A stretch of DNA of 64,000 bases from Octopus sinensis (Eukaryota), in the NCBI RefSeq assembly GCF_006345805.1, contig NC_043002.1, positions 76,942,001-77,006,000 on the forward strand, given 5' to 3'. Positions 51,464-63,399 of the stretch are shown here, in pieces. The stretch's first letter is position 1, and each line of letters opens with the position of its first letter. The position numbers were made by a program, and so were the translations under genes. Under the pieces are notes generated by a model. It was not told the origin of the DNA. It ran no database searches and saw only the letters and a list, made by a program, of their open reading frames with translations.

Positions 51464-51869
51464 GCAGTCCTGGTTTAGGACTAATGTTGCTGCAAATTGG
51501 CCCCAGGAGACATCGTCTCCAGCTGGCTATACAACACAATCTGTGTCTTTATATTTTCGAATAATATCTCACTTTGTGAGATTTAAAAATAGTAATTTTC
51601 TAATTTATAAATCAGTGACTAGTTGTCACTTTGAAACTACATATTTTGAATGGGAATTTGGCAGTGCCACCTCCCGCCAAACAATTATTCTGTGTGGATA
51701 AAGAGAAATAATCCAGAAATCAGGATACACAGACATTGTTTTGAACTGAGTGGGGATGCTAGATTCTCTTGTTCAAAAATATAAGGACACAGATCGTGTC
51801 ATATAGCCAGCTGGAGACGATGTCTCCTGGGGCTATATTGCAGCAACATTAGTCCTAAACCAGGACTGC
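51464..51869. mobile_element. Foldback/MITE-like element with 84-bp inverted arms
   Basis: Arms 51464-51547 and 51786-51869 match at 78/84 positions, with a 238-bp spacer and TA at or near both ends. Confidence 0.85.
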
Positions 51870-52178
51870 TATGTTATGTTGGCAAACAATCTTTACTATG
51901 AGATTCCTTGGGTAGAAAAAAAAAAAACCCAAAGACTAACTTTGAATTATTGATTTGGTTTCCACAATGTTTTTGTTTATATGTTTATACTTAATTTACT
52001 TACAAACATAAGACAGATTAATGATAACGAGTCTCCCTTGATAGTTTGAATTTGAAACTGTATCTTATCTCCAGACATACACAAATACACACACACGTAC
52101 GCACACACACACATACACACACACACACACACACATGCAAATTTCTCTCTTTCTCTCCATATACATATCCATATATAT

Positions 52179-52273
<95 letters not shown>

Positions 52274-52804
52274 TATTTATATGTGTGTGTATGTGTGTGC
52301 GTGTGCATGTGTGTGCATGAGTGTGAATGTATACACAGAAACAATATATTCAGAAATGGTATAGACTGTAAGTATACTTATGTTGCAAAATCATGTTATA
52401 TCTTATGAACAGTTAATGCTATTTAAAATGGAAAAGATAAAAATTTATGCAGAAGCAAGCTTCTTGTGAAATTATTGAATTTTTTTTTCCTATTGACGTA
52501 CTGTTCCAAGCTCTCCACCTGTCTCTGTCTCTCCCCCTCACATACACACACATACACACATATGGACACTGGACACGCACACACACACACACATGCACAC
52601 ACACCATAGGCATATCTTTTCTCAAGACCATTTTAGCTTCTTTTAAATATTTAAATACTTGAATATGAAGAAACTGTTTGTGTTGTGAGTGAGTGTGTGT
52701 GTATGTGTGTGTGTGTATGCGTGTGTGCGCAAGTGCGTGCGTCTGTGTGTGTATGTGTCTGTGCAGCAATATTCATTTGTGTAATGTAGTGAATGCATTG
52801 TGCT

Positions 52805-52838
52805 ATATATGTATGTGTGTGTGTAAGTGTGTGTATAC

Positions 52839-52896
<58 letters not shown>

Positions 52897-53013
52897 ATAT
52901 ATATATATATGTATGTGTGTGTATATATATATATGTATATATGTGTATATATATATGTATATATATATGTATATATATATATGTATATATATATATGTAT
53001 ATATATATATATG

Positions 53014-53051
<38 letters not shown>

Positions 53052-53072
53052 TATGTATGTATATATATGTAT

Positions 53073-53120
<48 letters not shown>

Positions 53121-53499
53121 GTATATATAGTATGTATATATATATATCTATATATATATGTAATATATATATGTATATATATATATGTATATATAATATA
53201 TGTATATATATATATGTATATATATGTATATATATATGTGTATATATATATGTATATATATATGTATATATATGTATATATATGTATAATATATATGTAT
53301 ATATATATATATGTATATATATGTATATATAATGTGTATATATATATGTATATATATATGTGTATATATATATGTATATATATATATGTATATATATATG
53401 TATATATGTATATATATATTATGTATATATATATGTATATATATATATGTATATATGCATATATGTATATATATATATGTATATATGTATATATATATG

Positions 53500-53530
<31 letters not shown>

Positions 53531-53637
53531 GTATATATGTATATGTATATATATATATGTATATATGTATATATATATATATGTATATATGTATATATAT
53601 ATATGTATATATGTATATATATATATTTATATATATA
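52805..53637. repeat. ~830-bp interrupted (TA)n array (TATATATG-type)
   Basis: Directly visible; source of the IYIY ORFs. Confidence 0.97.
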
Positions 53638-55649
53638 CATCATCATCATCATCATCATCATTTAACGTCCGCTTTCCATGCTAGCATGGGTTGGACGGTT
53701 CAACTGGGGTCTGGGGAGCCCGAAAGCTGCACCAGTCCAGTCAGATCTGGCAGTGTTTCTACAGCTGGATGCCCTTCCTAACGCCAACCACTCCGAGAGT
53801 GTAGTGGGTGATTTTATGTGCCACCGACACAGGTGCCAGACGAGGCTGGCAAACGGCCACGCTCGGATGGTGTTTTTTATGTGCCACCGACACAGGTGCC
53901 AGACGAGGCTGGCAGACGGCCACGCTCGGATGGTGTTTTTATGTGCCACCGACACAGGTGCCAGACGAGGCTGGCAGACGGCCACGCTCGGATGGTGTTT
54001 TTATGTGCCACCGACACAGGTGCCAGACGAGGCTGGCAGACGGCCACGCTCGGATGGTGTTTTTATGTGCCACCGACACAGGTGCCAGATGAGGCTGGCA
54101 AACGGCCACGATCGGATGGTGCTTGTTACGTGCCCACAGCACGGAGGCCAGTCGATGCGGTACTGGCTACGGCCACGTTCGGATGGTTTTCTTATGTGCC
54201 ACGTGCCACCGGCACTGGTACCACAAAGATACAAATTCCATTGATGTTCATCTATTTTGATTTGTTTTGATTTTCACTTGCCTCAACAGGTCTTCACAAG
54301 TGTCACAAGAAGGAAGGTATGCACAGGTGGACTGACTACATCCCAGGTAGGGGCCATGGGTTATGGCCTGACTAGTCTTGCCGGGTCTTCGGATGGTGTT
54401 TTTATGTGCCACCGACACAGGTGCTAGATGAGGCTGGCGAACGGCCACGATCGGATGGTGTTTGTCATGTGCCCACCGCACTGACTACAGCACTGATGGA
54501 TTTCTTGTGTGCCACAGGCACTGGTACCAGAAGATACAAATTCCATTGATGTTCATCTATTTTGTCTATTTTGATTTGATTTGATTTTCACTTGCCTCAA
54601 CCGGTCTTCACAAGTGTCACAAGAAGGAAGGTATGCACAGGTGGACTGACTAGTCTTGCCGGGTCTTCGGAAGGTGTTTTTATGTGCCACCGACACAGGT
54701 GCCAGATGAGGCTGGCAAACGGCCATGATCGGATGGTGTTTGTTACGTGCCCACAGCACGGAGGCCGGTCGATGCGGAACTGGCTACGGCCACGTTCGGA
54801 TGGTTCTCTTGTGTGCCACCGGCACTGGTACCACAAAGTGTGTGCCACCGGCACTGGTACCACAAAGATAAAGATTCCATTGATGTTCATGGTACCACAA
54901 GCGGTACTGACTACTTTTTATGTGCCACCGACACAGGTGCTAGATGAGGCTGGCGAACGGCCACGACCGGATGGTGTTTGTTATGTGCCCACAGCACGAT
55001 GGCCAGTGATGCGGTACTGACTACGGCCACGATCGGATGGATTCTTGTGTGCCACCGGCACTGGTACCACAAGCGGTACTGACTACGGCCACGTTCGGAT
55101 GGATTCTTGTGTGCCACCGGCACTGGTACCACAAAGATACAAATTCCATTGATGTTCATCTATTTTGATTTGTTTTGATTTTCACTTGCCTCAACAGGTC
55201 TTCACAAGTGTCACAAGAAGGAAGGTATGTACAGGTGGACTGACTACGTCCCAGGTAGGGCCCACGGGTTATGACCTGACTAGTCTTGCCGGGTCTTCGG
55301 ATGGTGTTTTTATGTGCCACCATGTTCCCACAGCACGGAGGCCAGTCGATGCGGTACTGGCTACGGCCACGTTCGGATGGTTTTCTTGTGTGCCACAGGC
55401 ACTGGTACCACAAAGATACAAATTCCATTGATGTTCATCTATTTTGATTGATTTTCACTTGCCTCAGCAGGTCTTCACAAGTGTCACAAGAAGGAAGGTA
55501 TGCACAGGTGGATCGACTACGTCCCAGGTAGGGGCCACGGGATATGGCCTGACTAGTCCTGCCGGGTCCTCTCATGCACAGCACACTTCCATAGGACTCG
55601 GTCTTCAGTCATTTCCTTGGTGAGACCTAAAGTTCGAAGGTCGTGCTTG
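53638..55649 (-). mobile_element. 5'-truncated RTE LINE with a ~1.9-kb tandemly expanded 3' UTR
   Basis: 55648-55553 reads KHDLRTLGLTKEMTEDRVLWKCAVHERTRQD*; the stop-region motif recurs at 55280, 54650 and 54372; 62-bp units at 53816, 53879, 53941, 54003 and 54065; family C tail with (GAT)n. Confidence 0.92.
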
Positions 55650-55675
55650 TAAATATATATATGTGTATATATATA

Positions 55676-55714
<39 letters not shown>

Positions 55715-56189
55715 AATATACATATGTTATCATTTCTTCCCCTGACTTACAGCGATGTCCATAAGCAAGCTAAGATTTCTCCCTTCTTTTTCATACATAC
55801 ATACATTTGTCTACCGTTTAAATGTTTTGAACTTATAACCACCAATCTGCTTTGCTTTCCTTTTCTTTCTACATGCCACCCTAAATACATCGCCCTTCCC
55901 GCCCGTTTCTCTAAAGTTCAACCTTCGCATATTCCCGGTGCACCCGCCCTTGCCCACCCCCACCACCAATACCGGATATCTCTATATTTTTGTTCCATCT
56001 ATACCGGATGTCGCTTCTCCCACCACCATTATAGGTGTCTACTCTTCGAACCCCCCTCTTCAACACGCTATTTCACCATGCATTACCCCTCTCTTGATAT
56101 CCTACGTTCTACTTGCCTAGAACCTGTCATCATTTCTCTGAACCACCCCTCCCCACTGGTGCTCCCCTATATATTTCTGCACCCCCCCC

Positions 56190-56445
56190 CACATAAAAAG
56201 CACCATCCGAACGTGGCCGATGCCAGACCCCTCTGGCACCTGTGCAGGTGGCACGTAAAAAACACCCACTACACTCGCGGAGTGGTTGGCGTTAGGAAGG
56301 GCATCCAGCTGTAGAAACACTGCCAGACTAGACTGGAGCCTGGGGCAGTCCCGAGCTCCCCAGACCCCGGTCGAAACCGTCCAACCCGTGCTAGCGCGGA
56401 AAACGGACGTTAAACGATGATGATGATGATGATGATGATGATGAT
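56190..56445 (+). mobile_element. Family C (RTE) tail, young and CpG-rich
   Basis: One 62-bp-type module, tail and (GAT)n. Confidence 0.88.
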
Positions 56446-57029
56446 ATATTATTTGTGTGTAACATAACTATGAGCATATGTATAGTGTGATCTATAAATG
56501 CAAAGCTACATGTGGTTATTACCATTGCTTATACCAGATTGTGCAGGAATGTGTCTTACTGAGATTATCATCAACAAAAAATAGAAATTCTTTGTGTACA
56601 TACTTTCCTGAGCGTGATTTCTGCTTTCTAAATGTTTCTTTTCATTTACCTGTTTTTTTTTTTAGTTAGTTTTTTTATTATATTTTATTTTATTTCTATT
56701 TAAAATTGTCATGCTTTGTATGTAGCACTACTCCAGTTTTTTCTAGTAAATACTAACTCTGCACATTGTAATACAACACAGTGGTGGAATGGTTAAGGTG
56801 TTGGGCTTTTGATAAAAGTCACGGCAGGATTGTTTGCATGCTGAACAGATGCAGGTGTCATGTACAATGGCTAGCGATGGTTAGAGTACTAGTTTACTGA
56901 CTAAAGTCTTGGCAGAATTGTTGGAGTGCTGGTAGATTTATCATTCTTTTATTTGTTGCTCTGGACAACATTAGTACCCTTAGCTCTCTAGATCCCTTTA
57001 AAATTTCATTGTAAAGTAAGTGAGATTAG

Positions 57030-57430
57030 TAGGGTTAATATTGGTTTCAAATTTTGGTACAAGGCCAGCAATTTGTGGGAAGGGGTTAAGTCAATTACAT
57101 CAACCCTGGTACTTATTTCATTGACTCTGAAAGGATGAATGGTAAGGTGAACCTCAGTGGAATTTGAACTCAGAATATAGAGATGGACAAAATGCCACTG
57201 AGCACTTTGCCCAACATGCTTATGATTCTTTTCTATGGGTACAAGGTCTGAAATTTTTGGGAGGGGTATATATCGACCCCAGTACATAACTAGTACTTAG
57301 TTTATCAACCCCGAAAGGATGAAAGACAAATTTGACCTCTGTAGAATTTGAACTTAGAACGTCGTGGCAGACAAAATACCACTAAGCATTTCACCTGGAA
57401 TGCTAATGATTCTGCCAGCTCACCATCTTT
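57030..57430 (-). mobile_element. Two adjacent family B SINEs, old
   Basis: Two GAAAGGATGAA...GAATTTGAAC.AGAA blocks. Confidence 0.7.
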
Positions 57431-58334
57431 AATGGGTTTAATATTATCTAAGTTAAAGTTTAATAGGATAGTAGGTTGCTGCTCATAGCCTCTGAGAAAT
57501 TATCTGATCAAAGGCATGCCAGTCGTGACCAACATACCTTTTTTATATACCTAGGACTATAATATCATCTGTTGCATCAACTCTTCTCTAAAACAGTAGG
57601 AAATTTGGCTGATATTTCTTACTAATTGAATGACTGCATAGCAACAACTTCATTAAGCCAGTGTTAGTAGATATTTCAGACTGGTTCAGACTGTTAGTGA
57701 TGTTTTCTATACAGGATTAAATAAATTATATATAGTGTGGCTGATGAAGAGAAGCTGGTACCTAGAAGAGATGCTTGGGTGACATTGGTTACAAAAAAAA
57801 TTCAAAGAAAAATGTGGACTTAAGATATTGGTAAAACAGTCAAAGAAACAACACATTCAGGACTTCAAGAGTTGATGTGTTCTGGCAGATGAATCATTGT
57901 CAGAATGGTTAAGATACTGCACTGTTGATAGACATCATGGTACTAATCTCCTTCCACAAATATTGCATTTTGCCACCAGGTAAGGATTGTTGTTTTAATT
58001 TCTTGAACAGAGTTGAAGTAATCAACATATCATAACTGCTTTAGTGACATCAGTTTAAGCAAATATATAAATTTGCTGAACTATTTAAGACTACTCTGAG
58101 ATAAAAAAACCCAAAAACATCAGAGGTAAAAAATACTAAAGAAAATCTAGAAGATAAGCTAATGTGTTTTTAAGTCATGTCAGACAGCAGCTGGTATAGG
58201 AGAAGGGCAAGATGGATTTTCACTTTGCTCCTTCATTTTTAAGCTCTACTGGTCTCTGGAATCAGATTCTTAGTTGCATTACTATTAGGGAAAAAGTAAA
58301 AAAAAGCACAAGGGAAGAAAGAAACATTACTACA

Positions 58335-58992
58335 GACTGCTCCATGAAAGTTGAATAGAAACCTATGGAAGAGGTAGTCCTAGGAAGACATGGGACGAGG
58401 TGGTGAAGCACAATCTTCAAATGTTGGGCCTCACAGAGGCAATGACAAATGACCGAGACCTTTGGAGATATGCCGTGCTTGAGAAGACCCGTCAAGCTAA
58501 GTGAGATCATAGTTGTGGCCAATGCCAGTGTCAAATAACTGGCCTGTTAAAAGCACCCTTCAGTCATTGGGCGATATGCTGTGCTTGTGAACACCTGTTG
58601 AACCAAGTGAAATTGTAGTCATGGCCAATGCCAGTGCTGTCTGACTGACATCCATATTAGTGGCATGTAAAACGCACTGTCTGAGCATTGGGCCTCATGG
58701 AAGCAGTGACAGGTGACCTAGATACACCATGTTTGTGCAGACCTGTCAAGCCAAATGAGACTGTAGTCGTAGCTGATGCTGGTATCAAGCCAATGGCACC
58801 CATGCCAGTGGCACGTAAAAAACACCCACTACACTCTCGGAGTGATTGGTGTTAGGAAGGGCATCCAACCATAGAAACCTTGCCAAATTAGATTGGAACC
58901 CGGTGCAGTCCTCTGGCTTACCAGTTTTCACTCAAACCGTCCAACCCATGCCAGCATGGAAAGCAGACGTTAAATGATGATGATGATGATGA
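58335..58992 (+). mobile_element. RTE LINE 3' end with the ORF2 C-terminus and a triplicated ORF-end module
   Basis: 58358-58504 reads ETYGRGSPRKTWDEVVKHNLQMLGLTEAMTNDRDLWRYAVLEKTRQAK*; the module recurs at ~58484, ~58590 and ~58738; family C tail. Confidence 0.92.
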
Positions 58993-59369
58993 AATGTTTT
59001 AATTAGTGTAATTAGTTTATGTGTCCTTATGATTTGGTCAGAAATTTCTTTTATTTATTTGTTTTATGACTGAATGCAGTTCCTAGATTCAACATTTTTA
59101 GCTGCCTCACATGACAAGCAGGGATACGCACAATATACTGGAATAAGCACAATATATGCACGCTCATTAAAGAAATACACTTAAAATACTTTGCTGTTTC
59201 TACTACTACTACTACAACTACTACTAACAACAAGAACAAAAAGCAAAAACACTGGATTCCAAAGGTTCAGAAATAAGAAATATTACACTAGCATAGTGCT
59301 GGCATGTGAAACAGTACAACTTGTTGTACATGCATGGTCAAGTAACCACAGATGTACTGTTCTTCTTAC

Positions 59370-59550
59370 TTCTAGTGTTGCAGTGATTTGTTCCTCCAAA
59401 TTAGCAAGATGCATACCACTCCTGTCCAAGCCCACCTGCCTCTGCCTCACTTGTTGTGCCTCCAGTCTTTTACCATTTAAAGTTTTCATTAAACACATCG
59501 CCAGTTCCTTTGTTCTCAAAATTACAACTTCTTCCTGGCACACTTTGTCC
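59370..59550 (-). CDS. Probable internal coding exon (181 nt) of an unidentified host gene
   Basis: Acceptor tttttctggtttgtgcttgtag|G, donor GAA|gtaaga, open frame DKVCQEEVVILRTKELAMCLMKTLNGKRLEAQQVRQRQVGLDRSGMHLANLEEQITATLE, raised GC, non-repetitive, overlapping antisense ORF. Protein not recognised. Confidence 0.6.
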
Positions 59551-60519
59551 CTACAAGCACAAACCAGAAAAATCTCAGGTAGTGCGTACCAGCCTTACAT
59601 GTCTGAAGGTATTGTTCCCTTCTCATTCAGCTAATTAATAAAATTTAAAAATCTGAATCTAGTGATCAATTACATCCTTCTTTGATACACAAATGACATT
59701 TGAATTGTTCAGCATAAAATTCTACCTCATGATTTCCAATATGATGTAAATAAAATTTACTCAACATAGACGTCAGAATTTGGAAAATACTACTTGCACA
59801 TGCCATTCTTCTGAACCAACAAAGTATAGTTTTGAAAGATTTATTTCATTTAATCTCAATACAATTAGCTGAAATGAAAATAGCAAATGTTAAAGGAATA
59901 ATGTATATCTCACATTTGCCATTTTCATTTTAATCACCCTAGAACAGATATAAAGAACTAAAACATTTTCATTTCAAATACCCATGGATAAAAATAAAGA
60001 ACAAAATAAACTCTAACACAAAAAAAGATCAAGAGGACACAAAACTTCTTTGATAAATAAAGTAAACAATTATACTATTATAAACAATTACACTACTATG
60101 CTGCCAAAATTACAATGATTAATAATGCATTTAAAGTAATTTAAAAGGTTAGTTTAGGTTGGATATGATGTGATTAATATATGCTTAAATGAGTTTACTT
60201 CCTGTTTTTCTTGGGCACATTTTGTCTTTGTATTCTTATTTATTTCAAATTAATTCTCCTACCTAAAGTTGTTAAATTGTGATTCATAGTTAACTGAAAG
60301 GTGCAGCCAAAATTGATACTTAGTGGCATTGTCAATCAGTATGTCTTAAAGTTGCTACAAGTTCTTGACATGACTGTTGTTCATTTAGCTTTGGTATCTA
60401 TTTTCTACTAAGACAGACTAAAATAAATAGAGAAATACTCTTTGTCTAAGAATTTTAACTACCAAGCTATTTTATTCCATATACTAGTGTAAAATTTAAG
60501 CAATTTTCTATCAGCTAAC

Positions 60520-60622
60520 CCTGCTTGATGTAATTTCATTACTGAGGACAGGCTCCATTTCTTTATGGTTGAGTGGTTAAATGTTGGAATGGTATCCAAT
60601 ATTTGTTCATAGTTGGAGCAAG
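60520..60622 (-). CDS. Candidate exon (103 nt), phase-compatible with 59370-59550
   Basis: tattttttaag|CT ... GCA GG|gttagc; open frame CSNYEQILDTIPTFNHSTIKKWSLSSVMKLHQA; ends in phase 2 as the next exon requires. Confidence 0.35.
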
Positions 60623-60794
60623 CTTAAAAAATACTTGTTCTAATGATATGCAGGCAGTCACGTTTGCCAAAATCATTCTTCCAATGTAAATTCTATATTC
60701 CAGCTTCTAAAGTGATGTACAGAAGAGAAGCTGCTTTTACAATTATTATCATCATGATCATCGTTATCATCATCATCATCATTATTATTATTTA

Positions 60795-61010
60795 TAAGGC
60801 AGCAAGCTGGCAGAATCGTTAGCATGCTGGGTGAAATGCTTAGCAGTATTTCACCCACCACTATGTTCTGAGTTCAAATTCCACCAAGGTCGACTTTACC
60901 TTTCATTCTTTTGGGGTCAATTAATTAAGTACCAGATGAGTACTGGGGTCCGTGTGATTGACTTAACCCTTCCACCAAAATTTCAGGCCTTGAGCCTACA
61001 GTACAAAGGG
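60795..61010 (+). mobile_element. SINE family B
   Basis: GGCAGCAAGCTGGCAGAATCGTTAGC head and CORE; followed by (TTA)n. Confidence 0.8.
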
Positions 61011-61017
61011 TTATTGC

Positions 61018-61077
<60 letters not shown>

Positions 61078-62334
61078 TCTAACAGCTGTGGCCTGGCAGC
61101 ATCTTTAGAGCATCAAACAAAATGCCTCCTAGTATTTGTTCTGGTTCCTTACATTCTGTGTTCAAATCCTACTATGGTCAGCTTTCGTCCTTTTAAGATG
61201 AATAATTTAAACAACCAGTTCCTCTCCAAAATTTGTGGCCTTGTGCCTATGTTAAAAGTGATTGTCACTCCATGTTTCAATCAAATTTTTCCATTATTTT
61301 TCTAATCAACAAAATAAGAAGGGTTTTGGAAATCTGGATTGTTGTTATGAGACAAGAAAAATAAAAAAAATAAATAGAAATAGTGTTAGATCAATTAGCA
61401 GAAAATTTCTAACAAGTGTTTCAACAACAATGTGGTTTGATTTCTATAAATATGCAAATATGTGGGATGATGATATAAAACTTAATGTTAAACCAATGCA
61501 CAAATAATAAACTAACAAAATTTTAATATCCCTGTTTTACAATAATTTAATCCTTAAACTATCATATTTCTGTTGAAATACAATCCCTCTGTTTCAATTG
61601 ATTTCAAAAATAAGGAAGAATTTATTAAACTAACTTTGCCATTTATTAAGCTGTTGTTTAGAACATAAATTAACATGAAATTTTAATAGGTCTTAATGAA
61701 GATTACTTTAAAACAGTAGGTTTGCTTCATAGAACCAGGAACAGTCTCATGCCAGTTGCTATTGAAAAGGTTAAAAATTTTTTTTTTTCTTCAAATTATA
61801 TTTAATTGGTAAAACTATAGTGTCATCTGCCTTTGACAATTTTTATATTATTTACTCTCTAGCTCTTCTATTGTTTCTTCTCAAATATTATTCTTAGGAG
61901 TCGTTACTGCTTTTATTCTATGTCTATTAATCTGATCTTTCATGTTGGTCAAAAATAGACAAAAAAGAAGATAAATATGGAGATGGATAGATATGTATAT
62001 AGAGAGATAGATATAAATATATTTATATAAATATGTGAACTGTGGGATATAAATATAATCAAATATTAATTAATTGAAAGAACATTCATTATATTTAAGT
62101 TGAGTGTCACATCAAATTTATTTTCATGAGGAAGAGGTTGACAATAGCTTACAAAGTTTTACCAGTCATTGGCTTTGCCAGACTTTCAGTGAAAATATGT
62201 CTGTCTATCCGTCTTCTGCCTGTCTACCTATTTGTCTGTCTTTTTAGCTGTCTAATTATCTTTGTATTTATCTGTTTATTTATTTGTCTGTGTGTGTATG
62301 TATGTATGTATGTACGTATAAATGTATCCATCCA

Positions 62335-62356
62335 TCCATCCATCCATCCATCTATC

Positions 62357-62438
<82 letters not shown>

Positions 62439-62440
62439 AT
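62335..62440. repeat. (CCAT)n-(TCTA)n microsatellite
   Basis: Directly visible. Confidence 0.97.
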
Positions 62441-63030
62441 CAATCAGAGAAAGTGAGAGGAAATCAAGCATTAATTTCAATGATCTCACTCAGTTATCAT
62501 ACTCATTCAGTTTAGTAGAGACTGAAAAACCAAGAGCCATTGCTCAAACTATCGTTACAAAAACCTCTCCAATATGGTTGCTTTTAATTGATTAAACAGA
62601 TTTTATAGCTACTCCATTAAGTAATCAGAAGCAATATTTACTCCAGTATTCATTTTAAAAATATGTTAGCAAATAAAAAAGAGAGAAAAATTTCTCCTTG
62701 CATTTATGGTCAGCATTTCAATGTATTTTCCACTACTCAGTATTATAGCCATTAACATCTGAAATAAATCATAGCATTTTGATTTTTTTCTCTGTAACTT
62801 ATTGTTTTTCTTTTTCTATTAACTAATGTTTGTCCAGCATTTATCCATATAACTTGCTATAAAAAAAAAAGAGGAAAGAACCTGTATTTTGAAAAGCGGG
62901 AAAATTAACAAGGTATTTTTTATTTGGCTTAGTAATCGTTAATAAAACAAATTTGGATTTTCTGGCTTAAGTAGATTCTTATGTACCAGAGCAGAGAGGC
63001 ACCCTCATAGAATCAGTCATGCAAACATAC

Positions 63031-63193
63031 CAGATAAAATATGGTAAAATCCAGAATCCAAGGAAACCAGTGATGGCTTGCATTTAGTCAAACCATCACC
63101 AGTTTCCTCGGTGGCATTTAATACATAGGAGAGTTTGATAAATTCAGTTGTCGTGAGGAGTGAAGAATATACTGTTTCAGACTTGGTCCTTGT
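63031..63193 (-). CDS. Candidate exon (163 nt), phase-compatible with 60520-60622
   Basis: 54 open codons TRTKSETVYSSLLTTTEFIKLSYVLNATEETGDGLTKCKPSLVSLDSGFYHILS; donor TCTG|gtatgt; the acceptor (cctaactccatgatgaaag) is weak. Confidence 0.3.
63058..63111 (-). other. 54-nt hairpin: 23-bp uninterrupted stem (4 G-U) and 8-nt loop on the minus strand
   Basis: CCGAGGAAACUGGUGAUGGUUUG-ACUAAAUG-CAAGCCAUCACUGGUUUCCUUGG; paired by hand. Confidence 0.75.
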
Positions 63194-63399
63194 CTTTCAT
63201 CATGGAGTTAGGAAGAGAGAGAAACTTGTCATGATCTGTGCCAGCAGTAGTTTTGAAGAGAATGATTGATAGGACAACTTGATAACTTCCCTTACCTCGA
63301 AGCCCTTGCCCTTCATCTGAAAGTGAATATGATAGCAGCCATTTAAAAATAACAGAAATACATAACTGTCAGTAGTTGGCTATGTTAAATAATGGTTTC

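Noticed and set aside
52693-53781. Long Y/I/M/C-rich ORFs (also 41419-42053, 21055-21332 and 14797-15404)
   Set aside because: Translations of (TA)n/(TATG)n/(TG)n microsatellites.
57889-57979. Plus-strand exon DESLSEWLRYCTVDRHHGTNLLPQILHFATR with CAG|gtaagg
   Set aside because: The core resembles the decayed SINE head at ~56780-56825 (GAATGGTTAAG...TTGATA...CA.GG), and the strand is opposite to the best exon.
59191-59634. 147-aa plus-strand ORF
   Set aside because: Begins in an (ACT)n repeat and is best explained as the antisense shadow of the minus-strand exon.
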